A model generated the notes under the pieces. That model did no database searches, was not told where the DNA came from, and saw only the letters and a program-made list of their open reading frames with translations. The position numbers were made by a program, and so were the translations under genes. Source: an uncultured Pseudomonadales bacterium (lineage in GTDB: Bacteria > Patescibacteriota > Microgenomatia > UBA1400 > UBA1396). Taken from it: a stretch of DNA of 64,000 nucleotides. Positions 57,378-64,000 of the stretch are shown here, piece by piece. The first letter of the stretch is position 1. Each line of letters opens with the position of its first letter. The stretch lies in the NCBI GenBank assembly GCA_964598125.1, contig CAZRAG010000002.1, forward strand, positions 373-64,372. Direction: 5' to 3'.

Positions 57378-57451
57378 TGAGAGTACCTGGACTCGAACCA
57401 GGGACCTCTGTCTTATCAGGACAGCGCTCTAACCAACTGAGCTATACTCTC
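57378..57451 (-). tRNA. tRNA-Ile (anticodon GAT)
   Basis: Acceptor GAGAGTA/TACTCTC, anticodon loop 'CTGATAA', T-arm CCTGG-TTCGAGT-CCAGG. 74 nt. Confidence 0.85.
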
Positions 57452-57564
57452 GTTTTTCACCAGACCAGTGATAACAATCACCTCTGATAAAAGGCGATAC
57501 AGCGTATTGTAACAAAAGTTTTCTAAAATGGGAGAGAGGTTGATCGGGAAAGGAAAAACAACTC

Positions 57565-57623
57565 AGAGTAAGGAGTCTCCTTGATCGAGAGTGCCTCTCG
57601 GCCCTCGATCAAGGAGACTCCCT
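57565..57623. repeat. family-B palindromic element copy ('GAGTAAGGAGTCTCCTTGATCGAG-loop-CTCGATCAAGGAGACTCC')
   Basis: Read directly. 17-bp perfect stem. Confidence 0.75.
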
Positions 57624-57665
57624 CTTGATTCGCCCAGACTTTTTCTGCCATTATGGTGAAAGCCT

Positions 57666-59411
57666 ATGCGACTGCGTTTTGCGTTGTTATTAGCGGTTTT
57701 TTCTATTTTCTCCACCTTGAGCCTCATTTTTACTCAATCCGCCCAAGCAGGCGAATGTACCAATCAGGGTCTTCTGTGTTCCTGTGACTCAGGTGGTGCT
57801 TCCTGTAGTGGTGGAGCCTGGATCGTTTCCTTCGATTGTGATGGCCGGGTAAATGAGTGTCGCAGTAATGAAGGCAGTGCTACTTCAACTGGTGGTCTTG
57901 GTTGTGGCCGTTCTCGCCAAATTGATGTTTTCGATCGCAAATGCCGTTTAGATAATGGTGGTTGGGATAATTCCTGTGTTCTGCTTGGTCACGCTGTTTG
58001 GTATGCCGGTGATTGTCCCGTCCAAACTCCTCCGCCGGCCAATACACCTACTCCTCAACCTAGCCCCACTCCTCAATGTAAAGCTTCCACCCCACTTTTC
58101 CGTCTTCCTGGTGAAACAACTTGGCTTAACCAAAAACAATTAGCCAAGAAAACGCTCTATCCCAAAGATAAAATTTTCTTTAAATGTGTCGATGCCAAAG
58201 GCGCCGGTATCACCACCTACAACACCAAAAGTGTCGTTCTGCCAGATAAAAAAGTTCGCAACCTTCCACCACAAGATCAGGTTGTTTCCGAAACCACGCT
58301 TGATCAAATTGGCAACTACGTTTTCCGCTGTCGAACAACCAAAACCAATTATTGGTGTCCTAGTAACGCCACCGTAACTGTCAAGAAACAACCTGTCACC
58401 GTTTGTGGCGGCAACTGTAGTGCCCGCGGGAACCTCTGTCCCACCGGGAATGTCTGCAACGCTACAACTGGGAAGTGTGAACTTCAAACGTGTTATGCCA
58501 ATCCAAATCTTTGTAAAACCAATAAATGTGAAACACTTCCGCGCGTAAATTGTGGTGAAAGCTGCGGACCAAACACCGGTCTTTGCCGAGCCAACAACAC
58601 CTGTCAAAACGGAAAGTGTGTCCTTGATCTTTGTCTCAATTCAACCAATAACTGTTCCACCGACCGCTGTAGCATCTTGCCCGTGGCTCAGTGTGGTGAA
58701 GCCTGTGGCCCAGATACAGCCGTTTGTCCGCTGTATCAAGGCTGTAGCGATGATGGTAAATGTGCCCGCCAAACTTGTCTTGACAATCCCAGTCGTTGTC
58801 AGACTGATATGTGTGAGGTCATTCCTCTCACCTTGCAGTGTTTGAATATTCAGCCAAACTTCACGGATTTTGCTCTGGGTGGCAACTACGCCTTTACCTG
58901 TGAAGAAGTCGCCAATGCTCAAAAGTATGAATTCCAGGCTCTTTATACCACCAAGAAGGAAGGTCGTGATGATGTCGAGGTCACTGATCTTGAGGCGGCT
59001 AGCGTTGGCGGAAACGTCTCTAAAAACTTTGGGGTCACCAAAGTGGGCCGTTACATATTCCAGTGTCGACCCTGTATGGAAAACGGCGTATGTACAGAAT
59101 GGGGAGATTCAACACCTATTGTGGTGAGTTCGCCAGAACCTACTCCACCACTCAACGAAACCATCGCTGACCCGGCATCAAGCAATAATGCTTATGTAGC
59201 CCCAGAATGTAAGCTTTCAGGATGTAACAATACGATTTGTCAAGGTAAAGATGATGAACAGATGTTCACCACGTGTGACATGAAACCCGAATACGCCTGT
59301 TATGCTCAGGAGGGTCGCTGTGAGATTCAAGAGGATACTAGTGAATGTGGCTGGACTTCATCCGACGAACTCACCCAGTGTATTGAAGATGCGAGGGCAT
59401 CAGAAGAATAA
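57666..59411 (+). CDS. secreted Cys-rich protein with repeated ~45-aa Cys modules
   Basis: Signal peptide 'MRLRFALLLAVFSIFSTLSLIFTQSAQA'. Modules read like 'C(G)xxCGPNTGLCRANNTCQNGKCVLDLCLNSTNNC' and repeat three or more times. Pro/Thr linker. Confidence 0.65.
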   Translation: MRLRFALLLAVFSIFSTLSLIFTQSAQAGECTNQGLLCSCDSGGASCSGGAWIVSFDCDGRVNECRSNEGSATSTGGLGCGRSRQIDVFDRKCRLDNGGWDNSCVLLGHAVWYAGDCPVQTPPPANTPTPQPSPTPQCKASTPLFRLPGETTWLNQKQLAKKTLYPKDKIFFKCVDAKGAGITTYNTKSVVLPDKKVRNLPPQDQVVSETTLDQIGNYVFRCRTTKTNYWCPSNATVTVKKQPVTVCGGNCSARGNLCPTGNVCNATTGKCELQTCYANPNLCKTNKCETLPRVNCGESCGPNTGLCRANNTCQNGKCVLDLCLNSTNNCSTDRCSILPVAQCGEACGPDTAVCPLYQGCSDDGKCARQTCLDNPSRCQTDMCEVIPLTLQCLNIQPNFTDFALGGNYAFTCEEVANAQKYEFQALYTTKKEGRDDVEVTDLEAASVGGNVSKNFGVTKVGRYIFQCRPCMENGVCTEWGDSTPIVVSSPEPTPPLNETIADPASSNNAYVAPECKLSGCNNTICQGKDDEQMFTTCDMKPEYACYAQEGRCEIQEDTSECGWTSSDELTQCIEDARASEE

Positions 59412-59413
59412 GT

Positions 59414-60694
59414 ATGGAAAATCTCGATCTCCCATCAGCCTACCTTACATCTGCACCACAAGCGGAGTCTCAGCCGATTCCGGATGTACCCACTCCACCT
59501 GTTACAGCCACCACTGGTCCCAATCAACCACAAAAAGATGACTTTAAAACTCTGATCAAAAAATATAAGGTTGTTGTTGCTTTTGTTGGTATTCTTTTGT
59601 TCGCCATTTTGGCCCTCGTCACCATTTGGTTCATTCGCCGTGCTCAACAACCACTTGCACCTACCGCGCCTGTATCAGTGCCAAAAGCGGGCGAGGTCTG
59701 TACCATTGAATACGTTATCGACGAAGTCTGTACCGATCTGGAACAAGTCGACACCGAAGAGAACAACAAGATTCAATTTCGTTGTCTCGCTCCCGAAGGA
59801 ACTGATCAATACATTTTTGAAGCACGCTACTCAGATGACGGTGAATTTGAAGAAATCGCCAAATCGAGTGAGGCTCTTTCTCCGCTCATTACTCAGAATG
59901 AAGATGATTATGTGGAAGTTCGTTGTATCCCTTGTGCTGGTGAATACTGTGCTTCAGCCGAAAATATTGCCAATGCTTGCACCTACACGTACGTACCCCC
60001 CAGCCCCAGTCCTTCACCGAGTCCATCTCCAACGCCTGAACCGGCCCAGTGTGATGAAGAATGTTCTGCGGACAGTGAATGTACAGGCGGTCTAACCTGT
60101 ATTGGCGGTATGTGTCGCGAAGCCGAATGTTCAGATGAAACCGACTGTATTTGTGACGAGAAGAAAGAAGTCGGCTTCTATGTAGAAAAATACCATGACC
60201 TTGACGGTGATGGCTCTCGCGATAGCGATGAGGACGGTCTCGACTGGGAGTTTGAGTGGGATCTGAATCATGATGACGACTGGCGTGAATATATTACTTA
60301 CGAGTCACGCGATGGTCGCGGTGGCAACATTAGTAACTTAAAAGGTGATGATATTGTCCGTGTTCGTGAAAAGTCCAAATCTGGTTGGGTGGCCACCTCT
60401 GGAACCGAAAAATCGATTACCGTGAAAGATGGTGAGCTAACCGCGGTCCGCTTTGGCAACCGCCAGCCCCCTGCTTCGCCTCAAGCAAAAGCCTCTCCAC
60501 GGGCTCAAGTCCCTGAAGAACCAGAAGAGCCAGCTGCACCAGCTCCACAGCAGCCAGCGCAAAAACCAGAACCCACACCTGAACCAACTTTGCCTCAAGC
60601 TGGCTCAACGACCCAAACCGTGGTACTCACGGGGTTTGGTGCCATCATTCTCCTGCTGGGTGTCCGCCGAATCTTTACCGGCACCTGGTTGTAA
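59414..60694 (+). CDS. membrane/surface protein with an N-terminal TM, Cys-rich and acidic domains, and a C-terminal 'LPQAG' + hydrophobic + 'RR' sorting-signal-like tail
   Basis: 'VVVAFVGILLFAILALVTIWFIRR' N-terminal anchor. C-terminal 'LPQAGSTTQTVVLTGFGAIILLLGVRRIFTGTWL' has the architecture of a sortase substrate. Confidence 0.65.
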   Translation: MENLDLPSAYLTSAPQAESQPIPDVPTPPVTATTGPNQPQKDDFKTLIKKYKVVVAFVGILLFAILALVTIWFIRRAQQPLAPTAPVSVPKAGEVCTIEYVIDEVCTDLEQVDTEENNKIQFRCLAPEGTDQYIFEARYSDDGEFEEIAKSSEALSPLITQNEDDYVEVRCIPCAGEYCASAENIANACTYTYVPPSPSPSPSPSPTPEPAQCDEECSADSECTGGLTCIGGMCREAECSDETDCICDEKKEVGFYVEKYHDLDGDGSRDSDEDGLDWEFEWDLNHDDDWREYITYESRDGRGGNISNLKGDDIVRVREKSKSGWVATSGTEKSITVKDGELTAVRFGNRQPPASPQAKASPRAQVPEEPEEPAAPAPQQPAQKPEPTPEPTLPQAGSTTQTVVLTGFGAIILLLGVRRIFTGTWL

Positions 60695-60699
60695 AAAAA

Positions 60700-60763
60700 G
60701 GAAGGAGTCTCCTTGATCGAGGGTGCTTGAAGACACTTGATCAAGGAGACTCCTTACTCAGAG
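60700..60763. repeat. family-B palindromic element copy ('AAGGAGTCTCCTTGATCGAG-loop-TGATCAAGGAGACTCCTTACTCAGAGG'), followed at 60778-60794 by the flank motif 'CTGATCAACCTCTCTCC'
   Basis: Read directly. Confidence 0.75.
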
Positions 60764-60809
60764 GATCTTTCCCTCACCTGATCAACCTCTCTCCCGCTAC
60801 AATATACCC

Positions 60810-61337
60810 ATGGACAAATCTCAGGCTCACCAATTACTCGAACAATACGTCAAGCAACCATCTCTGCAACGACATTGCGAAATGGTCGCCCAAGCCATGG
60901 AGGCGTATGCTCGAGAACTCAACCAAAATCAGCAGGAATGGTACCTTGCTGGTCTCCTACATGACCTGGATTGGGAAATGTATCCAGATGAACACCCAAA
61001 TAAAGCCATCAATGATATTTTGCCTGCACATGGACTTGGCCAGGAAGTGATTGAAGCCATCAAAGCTCATGCGCCTGACAGAACGGGGAAACAACCATCT
61101 GCCCTCATAGAAAAATATCTTTTTGCCTGTGACGAAATTTGTGGGTTTCTTGATGCCGTGGCCAAGGTCCGACCGGATGGTTTTACCGATCTAGCTTGGT
61201 CATCTGTCAAGAAAAAACTCAAAAATAGAAGTTTTGCCGCCAATGTTTCGCGAGAAGATATCGAAAAGGGCGCAGAACTCATCGCGCGACCGCTCAATGA
61301 ACACACTGAGTTTTTGGTTCGAGTCTTTTCCGAGTAG
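60810..61337 (+). CDS. HD-domain phosphohydrolase family protein
   Basis: 'HCEMVAQAME...LAGLLHDLDW' is the H...HD motif. 175 aa. The ATG lies 6 nt after TACAAT, suggesting a leaderless start. Confidence 0.65.
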   Translation: MDKSQAHQLLEQYVKQPSLQRHCEMVAQAMEAYARELNQNQQEWYLAGLLHDLDWEMYPDEHPNKAINDILPAHGLGQEVIEAIKAHAPDRTGKQPSALIEKYLFACDEICGFLDAVAKVRPDGFTDLAWSSVKKKLKNRSFAANVSREDIEKGAELIARPLNEHTEFLVRVFSE

Positions 61338-61408
61338 TTTGTGGTTACAAACACCATTTTTTCAAATCTGATCTCTTGACTATTGCCTTTTAACACCTGC
61401 ATACTTGT

Positions 61409-63331
61409 ATGAGCACATATAAGGATCTCACTATGCAAGAATCGTCAAAAACACCAACAATTCAAGATTTTTTGACTTCTTCTCCACCATCAGCCACGCC
61501 AACCGCTTCTCAAGAATACTCTGCACCAAAAAAATTACGCCGTCGTTTTCCTTGGCTTAAGATTGCTCTGGCTGGTGTTTTGGGTCTTCTCCTTGTAGTG
61601 GGAACTGGCACCATTGTGTATCTCACTCAGCAAGAACAAGATTCGCGTAGCCGAGCCAGCGCTGGACAATATCCAGAGATGGTGGTTGCCACAACAAGTA
61701 GGGGGCCAGGCCATTTTGACTTTATTTTTGATGGCAGCACGATGCCCATAGGCACAACTATTTCATCCGTAGACATCAAGCTGGCGGTTTATCCAGAAAG
61801 AATGAGCACGCCAACTCCTCCCTTACAAGGTCAAGGTGAGGCCTATCCTGCCGGAAGCGTCCAAGGCGTCTCAACAGAATCACAAGAACTTATTGCCCAG
61901 AATGGTGATTTTCCAACTGTTTGGGGAGAGGTCACACCGGTTTCCTCCCCGAGCATTTACCCCCGACCTCCAGAAACACCTTCCCCCTCAATCTATCCAA
62001 AACCCACTTCAACCTCATATCCAAAATATTCTCCCACTCCCTATCCGACACCAACTCCAGTGAACCAGATTTGTTATCCAGAAAAACCAACCTGTCCAAG
62101 TGGTTACACCTGTGTTCCTAACACAACTCCTGGCGTAAAAGTTTGTGACGAGCAAGGAAACTGTATCTATGGCGATCCTGCTCCTGGATACTGCTTGCCA
62201 ACGGCAGCAAAAACTCCAATCCCCACACCATATCCCCCAACCAATCCGCCATCTCCTACCCCTCCGGCCCAAGAAACACTGATTTATGACAATCGAAAGG
62301 GTGTGCAGGTGTACATCCGAAACCAATATCTCTCAACTCTCCAGCTTGCCTCGAGCGATGTTCAAGAAACACCAGATGGATCGGTCACGTTTATTGCTTC
62401 CGTTAAAGTTGCCGGCTCTGCACTGAGCGACCCCAAGTTCTTCCAGGGAAAACAAATTCTCGGAAGAATTGAATATAGACCAACATATGGAGGTGAGTAT
62501 GGTGGTGGCTCAGGCGTCCCTACAGCGAAAATCCTTTCTCAAAGTATCAGAGGATATCGTCCTGGTTCAGCCGTAGTAGAGGAACTCTACGAGCCAAATC
62601 TGCCAAAGCCCACCCCACCAGGAAAGACCCCAACACCAGATACCATTATCCCTTGTGGCGAAAATGGAAGCTGCCCGGCAGGATATTCTTGTATTACTCC
62701 AGTTCCACCGCCAACCAATTGTGTTCCTAAACCGGGAGTGGTTTGTCCCCAGCCAGTGCCAGCAATGCCTCGTTGTGTGAAGAATCCTGAACCAACAGCG
62801 AAACCAGCCTATGATCTGAAGAAGTGTTGGTCATCGGTAATCGTTAAAGGCACGAGTGTATTAACTCGATACTACTGGCCAAATGGTTGCCGCGGCATTG
62901 TGAGCTCTGGGCAAATTTGTAAAAAAGGCCAGGTTTCGTTGACCAAAACAGAAATTGCTCAGTACAAAGCCTGGATAAAGGCTGGCAAACCCGCCTTGGA
63001 GGCTTGCGGTATTATCTTGAATACACCCAAGCCATCACCGGTGATAAATACACCGAAGCCATCGCCAGTACTCAAAACACCATGGCCCTCTCCTTCGTTG
63101 AAGCCAACGGGCACCCCAACGCCTCGGCCATCACCGATCGTTAAGTCACCATGGCCAAGTAGCACGCCGTATGCCAGCTTTAAACCGTCACCGTACCCAA
63201 CGGCTCAACCAACGGTTTACCCAACCACGCAACCGACGATTCGGCCAACGGTAAGACCAACTCCAGTCTTAACGCCCAAGCCGACTCCAATTCCAGTGTG
63301 GAGAAGAATCATCCCTTGGCTAGGACGATGA
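61409..63331 (+). CDS. Pro/Thr-rich membrane-anchored surface protein
   Basis: 'KKLRRRFPWLKIALAGVLGLLLVVGTG' signal anchor. Long PxP/TPxP tracts such as 'PTPYPTPTPVNQ' and 'KPSPVINTPKPSPVLKTPWPSPSLKPTGTPTPRPSP'. Several Cys pairs. Confidence 0.6.
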   Translation: MSTYKDLTMQESSKTPTIQDFLTSSPPSATPTASQEYSAPKKLRRRFPWLKIALAGVLGLLLVVGTGTIVYLTQQEQDSRSRASAGQYPEMVVATTSRGPGHFDFIFDGSTMPIGTTISSVDIKLAVYPERMSTPTPPLQGQGEAYPAGSVQGVSTESQELIAQNGDFPTVWGEVTPVSSPSIYPRPPETPSPSIYPKPTSTSYPKYSPTPYPTPTPVNQICYPEKPTCPSGYTCVPNTTPGVKVCDEQGNCIYGDPAPGYCLPTAAKTPIPTPYPPTNPPSPTPPAQETLIYDNRKGVQVYIRNQYLSTLQLASSDVQETPDGSVTFIASVKVAGSALSDPKFFQGKQILGRIEYRPTYGGEYGGGSGVPTAKILSQSIRGYRPGSAVVEELYEPNLPKPTPPGKTPTPDTIIPCGENGSCPAGYSCITPVPPPTNCVPKPGVVCPQPVPAMPRCVKNPEPTAKPAYDLKKCWSSVIVKGTSVLTRYYWPNGCRGIVSSGQICKKGQVSLTKTEIAQYKAWIKAGKPALEACGIILNTPKPSPVINTPKPSPVLKTPWPSPSLKPTGTPTPRPSPIVKSPWPSSTPYASFKPSPYPTAQPTVYPTTQPTIRPTVRPTPVLTPKPTPIPVWRRIIPWLGR

Positions 63332-63346
63332 TATTGCAATGAGAAA

Positions 63347-63383
63347 CAAAAAAAGGGCATCGCAAGATGCCCTTTTTGTTTTG
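63347..63383. terminator. bidirectional rho-independent terminator ('AAAAAAAGGGCATCGCAAGATGCCCTTTTTGTTTTG')
   Basis: Stem-loop flanked by an A-run and a T-run. Confidence 0.7.
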
Positions 63384-63396
63384 TAGGAACCCTTCA

Positions 63397-63484
63397 CAAG
63401 GAATATCTTTTCATTTGTTTTTGCCTGGAAGGATATTCCTAGGAATATCCTTCCAGAGGAAAGGTCGGACAAAGATATTCCTTC
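63397..63484. repeat. nested palindromic element, family A, copy 3
   Basis: 'CAAGGAATATCTTT...CCTGGAAGGATATTCCTAGGAATATCCTTCCAGAGG...AAAGATATTCCTTC'. Confidence 0.8.
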
Positions 63485-63513
63485 ATCTTTATCCTCATTC
63501 ACTCTGAATCCAC

Positions 63514-63545
63514 AAAAAAAGGCGACCCTTTCGGATCGCCTTTTT
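63514..63545. terminator. terminator-like hairpin flanked by A7/T5, probably terminating the minus-strand 16S transcript
   Basis: 'AAAAAAAGGCGACCCTTTCGGATCGCCTTTTT'. Confidence 0.55.
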
Positions 63546-63698
63546 CCATTATTCAAGTAAAGAAGAAAACAGTCTTTTCTAGACACCACACCAACTGACA
63601 GGATGGCCCGGGCATGAGATCCACGGGACTTGGAGTTTTTGCTGATATTACTATCAAGCGAGGAGTGAGGGCGTGAGACCTCAACCTCCGACTCCTTA

Positions 63699-64000
63699 GA
63701 AAGGAGGTAATCCATCCGCACCTTCCAGTACGGATACCTTGTTACGACTTAGTCCTCATCGCCGACCTCACCGTAACGGAGCCTATCCTACTAATGTAAG
63801 TTAAGGTCACCCGCTTCGGGCGCTGCCGACTTTGCTGGCTTGACGGGCAGTGTGTACAAGAAGCGAGAACGTATTCACCGCAGCGTGCTGATCTGCGATT
63901 ACTACCGATTCCGACTTCATGAGGGCAAATTGCAGCCCTCAATCTGAACTGAGGAGCCGTTTATTAGGATTGGCTCAGGGTTACCCCATCGCGACCCGTT
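63699..64000 (-). rRNA. rrs: 16S rRNA, 3' ~300 nt (gene continues beyond the window end)
   Basis: Minus strand reads '...GAAGTCGGAATCGGTAGTAATCGCAGATCAG...CTTGTACACACTGCCCGTCA...AAGTCGTAACAAGGTATCCGTACTGGAAGGTGCGGATGGATTACCTCCTTTCT'. These are universal 16S 3'-domain blocks including the anti-SD CCTCC. Confidence 0.9.

Noticed and set aside
63320-63942. 133-aa and 66-aa minus-strand ORFs near the window end
   Set aside because: They cover terminators, the family-A repeat and the 16S rRNA 3' domain.
1-64000. CRISPR array or cas genes
   Set aside because: No regularly spaced short direct repeats were found anywhere. The repeats present are long palindromes or tRNA-end duplicates.
1-64000. Alternative genetic code (UGA recoded), as in some small-genome lineages
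   Set aside because: TGA is used as a normal stop, e.g. the histidine kinase stop at 12378-12380 overlapping the response-regulator start. Conserved genes (pth, gap, pgk, pyrH) translate uninterrupted under the standard code.

Overview
The window reads as a small-genome bacterium using the standard genetic code (TGA is a stop). Giant LamG surface proteins, an lgt gene and an apparently unlinked 16S suggest a CPR/Patescibacteria-like organism, but that is inference only. The first ~32 kb mixes housekeeping genes with envelope, signalling and toxin-antitoxin genes. Housekeeping calls are pth, lgt, gap, pgk, pyrH and an IMPase-family phosphatase. Envelope and other calls are two GT-C (GT39-like) glycosyltransferases, a GT4 glycosyltransferase, a CHASE-PAS histidine kinase with a single-domain response regulator, a MazG-like protein, a cupin protein, and a RelE/ParE toxin with an overlapping upstream antitoxin. 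RNA genes are tRNA-Trp(CCA), tRNA-Tyr(GTA), a stand-alone tRNA-Ile(GAT)/tRNA-Ala(TGC) pair with no adjacent rRNA, and the 3' ~300 nt of a 16S rRNA (minus strand, running off the window end) that is followed by its own terminator. The dominant feature is a ~22 kb head-to-tail array of four diverged giant paralogs of 1739-1797 aa (34.4-56.6 kb). Each has a basic N-region with a signal anchor, a DUF2341-type 'WWNxGWxYR' module and many LamG/concanavalin-A-like repeats. Each starts at a GTG placed exactly 6 nt after a TACAAT/TATACT -10 hexamer, which looks leaderless. Around the array sits a cluster of Cys-rich, Pro/Thr-rich and sortase-signal-like surface proteins. Two families of complex palindromic intergenic repeats are scattered through the window: a nested 'CTGGAAGGATATTCCTAGGAATATCCTTCCAG' element in 3 copies, and a 'GGAGTCTCCTTGATCGAG...CTCGATCAAGGAGACTCC' hairpin element in 4 copies plus degenerate ones. 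Both tRNA-Trp and tRNA-Ala have a 19-21 bp direct repeat of their 3' end a short distance downstream. Two short GC-rich islets (~60-65% GC against a background of ~45%) each encode a secreted protein. An AT-rich segment next to tRNA-Trp encodes a 619-aa double zinc-ribbon protein.
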